Of a stretch of DNA of 20,675 bases, positions 8,675-18,778 are shown one piece after another. The notes below the pieces were generated by a model. That model saw nothing but the letters and a program-made list of their open reading frames with translations. It was not told the DNA's origin and ran no database searches. A program made the position numbers and the translations under genes. Within the stretch, counting starts at the first letter, position 1. Each line of letters begins with the position of its first letter. Origin of the DNA: Desulfurococcaceae archaeon (lineage in GTDB: Archaea; Thermoproteota; Thermoprotei_A; Sulfolobales; Desulfurococcaceae); NCBI GenBank assembly GCA_038888155.1, contig JAWAJB010000012.1, positions 1-20,675 on the forward strand, read 5' to 3'.

Positions 8675-9508
8675 ATGAATAAGGACTATTTAACGGTGCT
8701 CCCAGCTTTGATTGCCCTTTTTGCTATAGCAATTTACGCCTTTGCAACGACAATTTACTATAGTGGCACGTCCTTTTATCTATTTGAACCAAAATACGAG
8801 CTTATAGGATTTCAAAATTATTTGGAGCTCTTAACATGGTCACGTTTTCATAACTCTATAATTCTGACAGGTATTTTTTGTATCGGCGTCTTTATTCAGT
8901 TCTCCCTAGCTTTCTTTATTGCGCTTCTCTTGAACATGGACTATAAGATTATGCACATGCTTAGGGCGATAATAATTTGGCCTATGGTTATTCCGCCGGT
9001 CGCTGTAGGTCTTATATGGAAACTTATTTTAGATCCTGTTGCCGGCCCTTTGACATATTTTTTCGGACAAGTTGAATGGTTTGGTCCAACTAATGCTATA
9101 TGGACTTTGATAATGATAGACACATGGGAATGGACTCCTCTTTTCTGTATTATAATTCTTGCAGCCCTCCAAAGCATTAGGAAGGAAATTGTAGAAGCAA
9201 GCTTAATCGATGGTTTATCATTTTGGACGAGATTAAGAGTGATCATACTTCCAAGAATTTTACCGATAGCAGTATTGATAATCCTAGTCAGATTAATTGA
9301 TGCTATCAAAGCTTTTGATATAATTTATGCAACTACAATGGGTGGTCCTGGTAATGCTTCTGAAGTACTGAGCGTATTGAATTATCTACTCGTATTTAGG
9401 CAAGGATTCATTGGTAGAGGAGCAGCATTGTCCATGGTTACATTTATAATTTTGTGGATTTTGGGTAATATGATCACGACATTTGTTAGCAAACTTAGGA
9501 GGGGGTAA
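8675..9508 (+). CDS. Sugar ABC transporter permease (MalF-like)
   Basis: Start at ATG 8675 behind SD GGAGGG. IGFQNY, PMVIPPVAVG, DTWEWTP, EAA loop EASLIDG and TMGGPG; about six TM segments. Confidence 0.95.
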   Translation: MNKDYLTVLPALIALFAIAIYAFATTIYYSGTSFYLFEPKYELIGFQNYLELLTWSRFHNSIILTGIFCIGVFIQFSLAFFIALLLNMDYKIMHMLRAIIIWPMVIPPVAVGLIWKLILDPVAGPLTYFFGQVEWFGPTNAIWTLIMIDTWEWTPLFCIIILAALQSIRKEIVEASLIDGLSFWTRLRVIILPRILPIAVLIILVRLIDAIKAFDIIYATTMGGPGNASEVLSVLNYLLVFRQGFIGRGAALSMVTFIILWILGNMITTFVSKLRRG

Positions 9509-9512
9509 GAAG

Positions 9513-10352
9513 ATGAGTATTGGAGAAATTATGAAATCAGTACCTTTCTATATTTTTGGAATTATGTTGTTGATATGGATACTATTCCCATTCTATTGGA
9601 CCACGTTGACATCTCTTAAACATCCAACAGAGGTCATTAGAGTTCCACCTTTAATGTGGGTTTCAGAACCGTATATCGAAAACTATATTTTAACGTTTGC
9701 TAATCAAGAATTTATTAATGGTCTAAAAAATACTTTCCTTAGCACTGTAATAGCGCTGTTGATTTCTTTGAGCTTAGCAATTCCTGCATCTTATGGACTT
9801 GCCAGAGCAGGAAAAGGATTAAGGATAAGAGGAAAGAATTCGCTATACTTTACGTTCATTACCTTCAGGATGCTGCCAGTCTTTGTATTTATAATACCCT
9901 TTTTCCTTTTATTCAGATTCATTGGCATCTTTGACACAATATATGGATTAGTAATAGCATATATGCTCATTGATATTCCGTTAGCTGTTTGGTTCCTCAC
10001 AGGCTTTTTCGAAGACATTCCGTGGGAGATTGAGGACGCTTATGTACTAGACGGTTATCCGAGATCAAAAGCAGTTTTAGGTGTGACAATACCTATGGCT
10101 TTACCTGGAATAGTGGCGGTATCGATAATATGTATAATATTTACTTGGAGTGACTTAATTTTTGCATTATCCCTTACTTCTAAATTTGCGAAGACAGCTA
10201 CTTATGCGTTATTAGGAAATATTACCTTTACGCATGTAAAATGGGGTGAACTGTGTGCGCAAATAATTGTTCTGTCTTTACCTTTGTTGGCTTTCTCATT
10301 CTATATTCAAAAGTACTTAGTCAGAGGATTAACATTCGGGGTGGTGAGATAG
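9513..10352 (+). CDS. Sugar ABC transporter permease (MalG-like)
   Basis: Start at ATG 9513 behind GGAGGGGG. FPFYW, ASYGLAR, EAA loop EDAYVLDG and C-terminal QKYLVRGLTFG. Confidence 0.95.
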   Translation: MSIGEIMKSVPFYIFGIMLLIWILFPFYWTTLTSLKHPTEVIRVPPLMWVSEPYIENYILTFANQEFINGLKNTFLSTVIALLISLSLAIPASYGLARAGKGLRIRGKNSLYFTFITFRMLPVFVFIIPFFLLFRFIGIFDTIYGLVIAYMLIDIPLAVWFLTGFFEDIPWEIEDAYVLDGYPRSKAVLGVTIPMALPGIVAVSIICIIFTWSDLIFALSLTSKFAKTATYALLGNITFTHVKWGELCAQIIVLSLPLLAFSFYIQKYLVRGLTFGVVR

Positions 10353-10354
10353 AT

Positions 10355-11461
10355 ATGGAGCGTCTTTATGTGGAAAATTTAACCAAAATTTTCGGTCTTG
10401 GAACAAAACATCAAGTAATTGCTGTAAAAGATGTAACATTTGACGTTAAAAAAGGAGAAATTGTCGCATTACTCGGCCCATCTGGATGTGGAAAAACCAC
10501 AACTCTAAGATGCATAGCTGGACTTGAAACACCAACTTCAGGTAAGATATTTATTGATGGAGAAGATGTAACCGAACAACCGCCGAATAAAAGGGATATA
10601 GGAATGGTTTTTCAATTTGCAGTCGTATATGATACCATTTCAGTATATGAAAATATAATTTTACCATTAAAAGCTAAGAAGTTTCAAGAGAATGAAATAA
10701 AACAAAGGGTTATAGAGATAGCTGAGCTTCTTAATCTTAATGATTACTTAGATAAAAGGGCTAAAGGTTTAGATATTGCAGTAAGACAAAGAATTGCTTT
10801 GGCAAGGGCGTTAGTAAAGCAACCAAGATTACTTTTGCTAGATGAACCATTAACCCCCCTAGATCCTATAAGTCGCGTTAAATTAAGAACAGATCTTAAA
10901 AGACTTCAAAAAGAAAAGAATCTAACAGCCATATATGTTACTCACGACCAATCAGAAGCTATTACTCTTGCGGATCGTGTGGCCGTTATGAATGAAGGAA
11001 GACTTATACAATTTGATAAACCTGAAAATATTTATCTACATCCGGCTAACACATTTGTTGCAAAATTTATTGGTGAACCCGGTATGAATCTAATTGAATC
11101 AAGCATTGTGAAGTATGAAGGGAAGATCTTTTTACAAATTGGCAATCAAACTGTTTTTCTTGATAGATTTTTAGATCTAGAAGATAAATGCGATCAAATC
11201 AAGGACGTAATTCTTGGAATAAGGCCAGAACATATAAAAATAAGAAGCATTAAAGGTGATTTGAAGGGGGTAATAACATTGGTTGAGATTCATGGCAATA
11301 GGTCATTAGTACATGTCGATATCGGTGGTGTGGAAATAGTTGTTAAGCATCCTACCATTTTCAAGGACAAATCTCATGAAGAAGTATGGCTAGAATTACA
11401 GAAAGATAAAATAGTACTATTTGATAAAGAAAATAAAGCCAATTTAAATCTTAGGAGGTGA
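10355..11461 (+). CDS. Sugar ABC ATPase subunit 1 (MalK-like, degenerate signature motif)
   Basis: Start at ATG 10355 behind GGTGGTGA. Walker A GPSGCGKT, Walker B LLLLDEP and H-loop VTHD are intact. The signature reads LDIAV instead of LSGGQ. C-terminal GIRPEH TOBE domain. Confidence 0.95.
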   Translation: MERLYVENLTKIFGLGTKHQVIAVKDVTFDVKKGEIVALLGPSGCGKTTTLRCIAGLETPTSGKIFIDGEDVTEQPPNKRDIGMVFQFAVVYDTISVYENIILPLKAKKFQENEIKQRVIEIAELLNLNDYLDKRAKGLDIAVRQRIALARALVKQPRLLLLDEPLTPLDPISRVKLRTDLKRLQKEKNLTAIYVTHDQSEAITLADRVAVMNEGRLIQFDKPENIYLHPANTFVAKFIGEPGMNLIESSIVKYEGKIFLQIGNQTVFLDRFLDLEDKCDQIKDVILGIRPEHIKIRSIKGDLKGVITLVEIHGNRSLVHVDIGGVEIVVKHPTIFKDKSHEEVWLELQKDKIVLFDKENKANLNLRR

Positions 11462-11465
11462 TGTG

Positions 11466-12578
11466 ATGTCAAAAATTATACTTTCTCTTGAAAATCTATC
11501 AAAGAGAATAGGTAATGATGAGATAATTTCCGATGTGAATTTGTCTATTGAGGCTGGAAGCATTGTTTCATTATTAGGACCTCCGGGAGCAGGAAAAACT
11601 ACACTACTGAGGATAATCGCAGGATTAGATGCCCCAACGAAGGGAAGAATTTATATTGATGGTGAAGATGTTACCAACTTGCCCGCTCATTTAAGACCGG
11701 TTGCCATGGTTTTCCAAAGCTTTGCATTATTTCCCAATATGAGTGTTTACGATAATATAGCTCATCCTTTAAAACGATTGAAACAGAATAAAGCTGATAT
11801 TCAAAAAAGGGTCATAGAAATAGCTGAAATGCTTGGCATACGAGAGGTGCTCTATAGAAAGCCTAATGAATTAAGTGGTGGTCAGATGCAAAGAGTTGCA
11901 ATAGCAAGAGCCTTGGCAAAAGATGCAAAAGTATACTTAATGGATGAGCCGTTTACGAATCTTGATGCTAAAATAAGAGAGATGCTTCGTGTCGAGCTAA
12001 AGAGAATGCAAGAGAAATTAGGTATTACCATATTATTGGCGACCCCGGATCCGGTGGAAGCACTGACCATTGGAGGGAAGGTAGCTGTGTTAAATAAAGG
12101 TAAAGTACTACAATTCGGTCATTATTTAGAAGTTTATGAAAATCCGGCTAATACATTTGTAGGAGAATATTTTGGCTATCCTTCCATGAACTTGGTTAAA
12201 GGAACAATTTCAAAGGTGGGTGATAAAACTTATATTCAAACACCATTATTTACTATACCTGTTACTGGCTCATTATCTGAGCTAGATGACAAAGAGGTAA
12301 TCATAGGTGTTAGACCAGATACTGTAAAAATAAATGGTGAAGGAGACATAAATTTCGAATGTGAAATTTTAATAGTCGAAATAGTTGGGTCCGATACAAT
12401 AGTCCATATTCCAATAGCTTCCGAAGAAAGGACGTTCAAAATCTTCATTCCGGGAGAGATCCGAAAATATGAAACGGGAGAAAAGATAAAATGTTCGATA
12501 AATTTAGAGAACATCTATGTCTTTCACGTTAAGGACGGAAAATATTTAAATCGCCTAGATAAATTAATAAGGAAATAA
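11466..12578 (+). CDS. Sugar ABC ATPase subunit 2 (MalK-like, lacks switch His)
   Basis: SD GGAGGTGA. Walker A GPPGAGKT, signature LSGGQ and Walker B YLMDEP are present; the H-loop reads ATPDP. Confidence 0.95.
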   Translation: MSKIILSLENLSKRIGNDEIISDVNLSIEAGSIVSLLGPPGAGKTTLLRIIAGLDAPTKGRIYIDGEDVTNLPAHLRPVAMVFQSFALFPNMSVYDNIAHPLKRLKQNKADIQKRVIEIAEMLGIREVLYRKPNELSGGQMQRVAIARALAKDAKVYLMDEPFTNLDAKIREMLRVELKRMQEKLGITILLATPDPVEALTIGGKVAVLNKGKVLQFGHYLEVYENPANTFVGEYFGYPSMNLVKGTISKVGDKTYIQTPLFTIPVTGSLSELDDKEVIIGVRPDTVKINGEGDINFECEILIVEIVGSDTIVHIPIASEERTFKIFIPGEIRKYETGEKIKCSINLENIYVFHVKDGKYLNRLDKLIRK

Positions 12579-12593
12579 AGAGGATAAAATTCT

Positions 12594-13310
12594 ATGAAAC
12601 GAATTATAGACCTTACTTTTGAAATAAATTTACGAGATCCTTCAACTTTGAAAAAGCTACCATATAATCTAGGAAAACCAGGATGGAATGCTATCGTTCT
12701 TGAAAGTTTATTTAAAGTGATACCATGGGCGTATGGTTTAGACAATACGCTGGTTGAACATGTGATATTGTGGAGCCATGTAGGAACGCATATAGAAGCA
12801 CCCTATCATCAAGATCCATCTGGTAAAAGTGTAGGTGAATTGTCCTTAGATCTTCTGATAGGTGAGGGCGTTATCTTAAATGTTACCGATGTAATTAATG
12901 AGGAAGATTTCTTGCGATCAGATTTAGAGAAAGAAATAAATGAGCGTTATGGTATGCTCGGTCCCCTTATAAAGAAAAAACACTTGGATAGATTTTCAAA
13001 TAAAATAAATGATGGAGATATAGTGTTGTTTTACTCAAACTTATCAATTGAGAATCGAGCTTTGCTGAGTGAGGAGGCAGCAGATTGGTTAGTAGAAAAA
13101 CATATTAAGGCCGTAGGAACGCATGATTGGTCAGTTATCTTCAGCAAAAGAGCGCATGAAAAATTGTTAATGAATGGTATACCAATAATAGAAACTCTCG
13201 TTAATCTTGATAAGATAAAGAAAGAGCGTGTTTTCATCATTGCTTTACCATTAAAAATTATCGGCCTTGGAGCTTCTCCGGCGAGAGTAATTGCAATAGA
13301 AGAACTATAA
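12594..13310 (+). CDS. Cyclase-family metal amidohydrolase (kynurenine formamidase KynB-like)
   Basis: RIIDLT, HVGTHIEAPYH (HxGTHxDxPxH with D replaced by E), HEKLL, PIIETLVNL and C-terminal LPLKI...ASPARVIA. Confidence 0.92.
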   Translation: MKRIIDLTFEINLRDPSTLKKLPYNLGKPGWNAIVLESLFKVIPWAYGLDNTLVEHVILWSHVGTHIEAPYHQDPSGKSVGELSLDLLIGEGVILNVTDVINEEDFLRSDLEKEINERYGMLGPLIKKKHLDRFSNKINDGDIVLFYSNLSIENRALLSEEAADWLVEKHIKAVGTHDWSVIFSKRAHEKLLMNGIPIIETLVNLDKIKKERVFIIALPLKIIGLGASPARVIAIEEL

Positions 13311-13332
13311 GAATAATCTTTACTTACAATTT

Positions 13333-14715
13333 TTATTCCTTAAAACACCAATACAGAATGAATAAGGCAATGGTCTTGGTGCATTGGATTATTTGATCAA
13401 CCGGGACGTACTCGTTAGGACCATGAGCCCCCATATATAAATCTCCTGGTCCAAATGAGACACCAGGTATACCAAACTGCTGCACATAGGTCAGATCGTT
13501 TACAGCCTTAAATCCTGAATAAATTGGCTCCCTTTTTAATGCATCTTTAAAAGATCTGCCTAACATTTTACAACCTTCATGTTCCGGATTTGTATTATAT
13601 GGAGGCCAATGGTATCTCCTAGCAAAATAAACTTTTGGTGGGTTTTTTCTCAAGTAACTATCAGTTATTGATTGTGCGTTAATGTACTCGTAAATAAGCT
13701 TTTTGACTTCCTCAAACGATATCCAAGGAGGATAATAGCATTGACCTATTAAATGTGCTTTTCCCGGAACACTAGCTAAATATTCTCCCGCTTGTAAAAT
13801 AGATATATTAATTGTGAGTGCTGATCCCAACCCTTGAGCATCTCCAAATTGCGGATACCCTCCTCCACCTAATATTGGGTGCCGCTGACTTAGTGAGAAA
13901 TCGATTTCCAATTTTCTTAGAGCATTTATAATATCAATAATCTTTGATATCGCATCAGCACCAACTTCATTACCGCAAGGTAACCCCCATCTCTGGGGGA
14001 ATAACATCAAATTGCGAGTTGCGGAATGAATTTCTCGTCCTTCAACTTCGATTTCAAAATCGAAAACACCTCTACTCAGCGTGTGAATTTCACAATTCGT
14101 TGGTTCCGGATCAATACAAAAATCAAATTTGGGAGTCCTTTCCAGCAACTTTTTAGTTGCAGAAATGGTTCCTATTTCCTGCTCACCTAATTCTTCGCCA
14201 ACCACTAACTCAAGACCAATAGGTCCCTTTAATTCTATTTCCGCTTCTTGTAAAATTTTTAATGCCCACAACATGCTGGTGATACCACCTTTCATATCAG
14301 CAGCTCCTCTTCCAAAAATTTTTCCATCAACAATAATAGGATTCCATGGATCTGTATTCCAACGCTTTAATTCACTTTCAGTAACATCCACAACATCAAC
14401 ATGGCCGTTTAATAATAAGCTTCTTTTTCCATCACCTTTCCATAGTGCCACTATATTTGGTCTATTTAATTCTTTATCCTCGGAGTAAATTTCTACATAG
14501 TGAGGTGAAAGTTCTGATTTAATAAAAGGATATAAAAGTTCTTTTTGAATCCTGCATTCTTCTCCCCTTACTGACTTATATTTTATAAGTTCCATTGCAA
14601 AATCAATTATATCTTTCTTGTAATATTCTACTAGATCCAAAATTCTTTCTTTTTGCTTATTTAGCGAATTTTCTAAATCGGATACATCGCTCCTGCGATC
14701 CATAGATTGATCCAT
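13333..14715 (-). CDS. M20 family metallo-amidohydrolase (ArgE/DapE-like deacylase)
   Basis: LLLNGHVDVV, FGRGAADMKGG, VGEE, PEPT and AHGPNEYV. Confidence 0.93.
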   Translation of the reverse strand: MDQSMDRRSDVSDLENSLNKQKERILDLVEYYKKDIIDFAMELIKYKSVRGEECRIQKELLYPFIKSELSPHYVEIYSEDKELNRPNIVALWKGDGKRSLLLNGHVDVVDVTESELKRWNTDPWNPIIVDGKIFGRGAADMKGGITSMLWALKILQEAEIELKGPIGLELVVGEELGEQEIGTISATKKLLERTPKFDFCIDPEPTNCEIHTLSRGVFDFEIEVEGREIHSATRNLMLFPQRWGLPCGNEVGADAISKIIDIINALRKLEIDFSLSQRHPILGGGGYPQFGDAQGLGSALTINISILQAGEYLASVPGKAHLIGQCYYPPWISFEEVKKLIYEYINAQSITDSYLRKNPPKVYFARRYHWPPYNTNPEHEGCKMLGRSFKDALKREPIYSGFKAVNDLTYVQQFGIPGVSFGPGDLYMGAHGPNEYVPVDQIIQCTKTIALFILYWCFKE

Positions 14716-14790
14716 AGATTTTCATTAAAAGAAAATTCTATTTAAGCCTTTGTTTGATAATTAAAATAGTCGCAAGATAAGAAAAAATAT

Positions 14791-16200
14791 ATGGAGCGGA
14801 AGTACAAATTTTGGTGTATTTTCATAGCGCCTGTGTTGAGAATTGGAATGAACCAAGGATTTACGCCAGTTGCACAATGGGGTTGGGCTAGGAGCGATAG
14901 TGATATTCAAAAGGAAATTCAGCAAATAAAGGCAGATTTGGAGCTCATTAAACAAGAGTTTAATAATGAAATAGACTTTATCGGCTGGAATGTTCTCCAT
15001 AACATTAATGATGCTCTAGAGCTTTCCTATGAAATTCAAACTTCAAACGTAGATGGAGTAATAGTTTTTGCAACTGCTCCATTTTGGACTTATTTAGAAT
15101 CATTATACACGTTTAATAAACCAATAATATTCTTCGCAAAGGAGCATTCTAAGCCATTTTATGGCTTTAATTTAATGACGTATTATGTCAAGTGGATGCT
15201 CGAGGAACCTCTTAGGAGAAATTGCATTAGGATAGTAATAGATGATTATGAGTGGCTTAAAAAAGAATTACAGGCAATAATTGGTTTCTCGGCCATAAAA
15301 AATATCCGTGTTCTATGTATAGGTGGACCGGCTGAATGGAAGGGCGGCAAGCTTTGGGGATATGGTAGCTATGAAACAATACGAAAACTGCAACAAAGTA
15401 TTGGTATGACTGTGAAGTTTATTTCGCTCGAAGAATTAGAAAGCATTTTTAAACAAACACAATTAACCGAGGAAATGCAAAAAGAATACAATGATTTACT
15501 TAAGAGCGCAGTGAAAATAAAAGAAATGAAAAACGAAAAAAGCGCATTAGATGCCATTAAGATGTATTACGTTATTAAATCTTTGGTGCAAAAATACGAT
15601 TGTAATGCAGTGACAGTAAATTGTTATGCAACAGACTTCATTGATAGAACGGGCACAACACCTTGCTATGCGATATCTAGGCTTAATGATGAAGGAATAG
15701 TCTCTGCTTGTGAAGCAGATTTTTCAGCATTACTAGCCATGCTAGCTGTAATGTATGTCACAAAAAAGACAGCATTCATGGGAGACCCAATATTTAATGA
15801 GGCAAGCCCCATAGTTATTAATGCTCATTGCACAGCGCCTACAAAAATCAATGGAATCAATAAACCTCAGGAGCGATACATAGTAACATCGCACTATGAG
15901 TCTGGCAAAGGTCTTGCAACAGAAGTTCTGTTTAAAGAGGGTGATCCAATAACTGTGATTTTACTATCCAATGATTTGAAAGCCGTCATAATAGCTAGAG
16001 GTAGAATAACCAAAGTTGGACTAGAACTGCCAATATGCAGGAATCAGATAGCTTTCGAGGTTGAAAAATTCGATGAATTCTTCCATGCCTGTGAGGAAAA
16101 CTTACATTTTTATGAGCATATGATAAATGTTATAGGTGATCATTGGAAGGAACTTGCATCATTTTTCAATTATTTAGGCATAAGAACCATAATTATTTAG
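14791..16200 (+). CDS. L-fucose/L-arabinose isomerase superfamily protein
   Basis: AVTVNC, TTPCYAISRLNDEG, ACEAD (catalytic/metal Glu), FMGD, AHCTAP, CRNQ and C-terminal EH...GDH. Confidence 0.85.
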   Translation: MERKYKFWCIFIAPVLRIGMNQGFTPVAQWGWARSDSDIQKEIQQIKADLELIKQEFNNEIDFIGWNVLHNINDALELSYEIQTSNVDGVIVFATAPFWTYLESLYTFNKPIIFFAKEHSKPFYGFNLMTYYVKWMLEEPLRRNCIRIVIDDYEWLKKELQAIIGFSAIKNIRVLCIGGPAEWKGGKLWGYGSYETIRKLQQSIGMTVKFISLEELESIFKQTQLTEEMQKEYNDLLKSAVKIKEMKNEKSALDAIKMYYVIKSLVQKYDCNAVTVNCYATDFIDRTGTTPCYAISRLNDEGIVSACEADFSALLAMLAVMYVTKKTAFMGDPIFNEASPIVINAHCTAPTKINGINKPQERYIVTSHYESGKGLATEVLFKEGDPITVILLSNDLKAVIIARGRITKVGLELPICRNQIAFEVEKFDEFFHACEENLHFYEHMINVIGDHWKELASFFNYLGIRTIII

Positions 16201-16321
16201 ATTAGCATTTTTATTTTTAAATTTAAAATTAAAGATTATACTTTGCTCTAAGTCTATGGTCAAAAATATTCTTGACGTTAAAATAAAGACTTAAATATTT
16301 GGATAAGAACAAAATTTCTAT

Positions 16322-17845
16322 ATGAGTAAACATCCTCTGCTTATTGGGATAGATATTGGGACTAGTTCCATTAAAGCCGCATTAGTTATGATACATGAAG
16401 ATGAAAAGCGCTTAGAAGTAATAGAAAGCGTTTCACAGCCATTGAAAATAATATATGGTCCTGGAGGAAAGGTGGAACAAATTCCTGAAGAATATTTTAG
16501 GAAATCATTGACGCTAATAAAACAACTCATAAGGAAAGCTCATGTAAACGCTTCTCACATCTTAGGAATCGGTATTTCGTCACAATGTCCTACAATAGTT
16601 CTTTTAGACAAAGAAGGATATTGTTTGGATAATGCCATTCTCTATATGGATAGAAGAGCTAAGGATGCCTGTGAATTAGTTGTTAATAAACTTGGATTCG
16701 AAGCACTATTTAATTTAACAAAAAATATAGCTGATCCATACTTTGGAGGTTACAAACTAATATGGCTTGCAAAAGAAAGAAAAGAACTTTATGATAGTAC
16801 TGAAAAAATTTTAAGTGTCAATTCATTTCTAGCTTATAAGTTTTGTGGCAATCATGCTACGGATTGGATAACCGCTTGTACATTTGCACCTTTTTTCGAT
16901 TGGTCTAAAAGAGGTTGGAATGAAAGTTTACTAAATGATTTTGGATTAAGTTCGGAGAAATTCCCAGAAAAAATTATTCCACCGTACGAAATAGTAGGTT
17001 TGTTAAAGCCAGAATTAGCCAGAAAACTTGGTCTCACCAGGGAAATTCCCATTATTATAGGAACATGCGATGCCCAAGCCGCCGCATTAGCTGGTGGGGC
17101 TGTATCCGAGAATAATTCGATAATGATATGCGGTACAACACATCTTTGGGAGTTAATTCATTCGCAACAGACAAAGTTCTCAAAACATTTTATTAACTGC
17201 TTGTATATATTCCCTGGACTTTACTTAAGTGCAGCAGCATTGATGACAACAGGGGCGATCCTTGAGTGGTTCTTAAGAAATTTCATTGGCGTTTTTAAAG
17301 GCTATTCCAAAGTACTTCGTATTCTTGAATCTCATGCTAGAGAAATTAGGCCGGGATCAGACGGGCTGATTACTCTCCCCTATTTTATGGGCGAGCGCTC
17401 GCCCATTTGGGATCCGGGTGCAAAAGGTTTAATCTTCGGGTTAACATTGAGGCATGAAGTGACACATATATATAGATCTATATTGGAAGGCGTTGCTTTT
17501 GCACTAAAGAGTTGTAAAGAAATCTTTGAATCGCTTGATTTGCTTCCAGATGAGATAATAGCGATAGATGGCGCTGCAAAAAACATTTTATGGATGGAAA
17601 TAATAAGCTCTGTCCTAGAAATTCCCATTAAAAGACCAAAGCCTGAACTTGGCTCTGCTGCAGGTGCTGCAATGCTGGCTGGTTACGGAATTAGGATATT
17701 TAAGAAGCCTGAAGACATTAGACAATTTATCTCTTACGAGTCTATTGCAGAGCCTGATTTAGAAAAAGCTAGAGAGTATGAAAAAAATTACCAAATATTC
17801 AAAGATCTTTATTGGCGATTGAGAGAATATATGCACAAATTATGA
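16322..17845 (+). CDS. FGGY-family carbohydrate kinase 3
   Basis: IGIDIGTSSIKA, ILYMDRR, GTCDA, CGTT, LPYFMGERSPIWDP and DGAAKN. TTAAATA lies 24 nt upstream. Confidence 0.95.
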   Translation: MSKHPLLIGIDIGTSSIKAALVMIHEDEKRLEVIESVSQPLKIIYGPGGKVEQIPEEYFRKSLTLIKQLIRKAHVNASHILGIGISSQCPTIVLLDKEGYCLDNAILYMDRRAKDACELVVNKLGFEALFNLTKNIADPYFGGYKLIWLAKERKELYDSTEKILSVNSFLAYKFCGNHATDWITACTFAPFFDWSKRGWNESLLNDFGLSSEKFPEKIIPPYEIVGLLKPELARKLGLTREIPIIIGTCDAQAAALAGGAVSENNSIMICGTTHLWELIHSQQTKFSKHFINCLYIFPGLYLSAAALMTTGAILEWFLRNFIGVFKGYSKVLRILESHAREIRPGSDGLITLPYFMGERSPIWDPGAKGLIFGLTLRHEVTHIYRSILEGVAFALKSCKEIFESLDLLPDEIIAIDGAAKNILWMEIISSVLEIPIKRPKPELGSAAGAAMLAGYGIRIFKKPEDIRQFISYESIAEPDLEKAREYEKNYQIFKDLYWRLREYMHKL

Positions 17846-17919
17846 GCCTTATATTTACATCTTTCGTTATCATTTCACGTATCAAAAAATTTATAACTTC
17901 CTTAATTCAATTTTTGAAT

Positions 17920-18741
17920 ATGACTGCTGTAAATAATGTACTTAAATATATTTTCAAAATTGAGAAACCTGTAATAGCAATGCTTCATTTAAAACCTCTA
18001 CCAGGTTCACCCCACTATGATCCTGAGGATACTATCGAAAATATTGTTGAAGCGGCACTTAAAGATGCTAAAGCTTTAGAAAATGGAGGAGTTGATGGAA
18101 TATTAATATCGAATGAAAGCGACATACCCTATCTTTTTAAAGTTGGTCCAGAGACTGTCGCATCTATGACGTATGTTGCTTCGAGAATCAAAGAAGAAGT
18201 GCATATTCCAATTGGAATAGATGTTCTTTGGGGCGATGCTCGAGCTGCGCTGGCAATAGCAAAAGTAATAGGGTCCAAGTTTATTAGAACATTAATTTCT
18301 GGAGTTTATGCAAGTGATCTGGGGCTCATAAATACTGAGGGAGCAGAAATAATGAGATACAGAAAATTCATTGGAGCTGATAATGTGAAAATCTTCATAT
18401 ATCTTAATCCCGAATTCGCGTCACCTCTTTCATTAAGGCCTCTCACTATAATTGCAAAGACTCTAAGATGGTTAAGAATGGCCGATGCCTATTGCGTCTC
18501 CGGTCCAATGCCAGGCATGCCTCCAGATATAGATGAAATAAAGAAAATAAAAAGTGAAGTATATGATATACCCATCATAGCGAACACAGGAATGAATAAA
18601 GAAAATATTGCAAAATATATTGAATATGTGGACGGCGTAATTGTCGGAACTTCACTTAAAGTTGGAAATATCACATTGAATCCTGTCGATGAAGAGAAAG
18701 TTAAGGAGTTCATGAATGTGGTAAGATCTCTCAGAAGCTAA
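17920..18741 (+). CDS. sgcQ: BtpA/SgcQ-family TIM barrel protein, SgcQ-like subgroup
   Basis: Start at ATG 17920 (TTTATAA at 17890-17896). KPVIAMLHLKPLPGSP, NGGVDG..ISNE..PYL.KV.PET, VLW, G.YASD.G, CVSG and ANTG match E. coli SgcQ as recalled. Confidence 0.85.
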   Translation: MTAVNNVLKYIFKIEKPVIAMLHLKPLPGSPHYDPEDTIENIVEAALKDAKALENGGVDGILISNESDIPYLFKVGPETVASMTYVASRIKEEVHIPIGIDVLWGDARAALAIAKVIGSKFIRTLISGVYASDLGLINTEGAEIMRYRKFIGADNVKIFIYLNPEFASPLSLRPLTIIAKTLRWLRMADAYCVSGPMPGMPPDIDEIKKIKSEVYDIPIIANTGMNKENIAKYIEYVDGVIVGTSLKVGNITLNPVDEEKVKEFMNVVRSLRS

Positions 18742-18778
18742 TTATTAATAAGTTTTATATATTTCATTGCCTCTAAGT

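Noticed and set aside
16215-16228. 14-bp palindrome TTTTAAATTTAAAA
   Set aside because: A/T-only sequence in a terminator-like AT-rich spacer; expected by chance.
2941-17845. Assigning xylB, fucI/araA, kynB or argE as gene symbols
   Set aside because: Motifs support family membership only; specificity cannot be read from sequence.
726-17919. Long N-terminal extensions in the track (starts 726, 2752, 8630, 9483, 10253, 17812)
   Set aside because: They overlap neighbouring genes or promoters. Downstream ATGs match family N-termini and TATA/SD positions.
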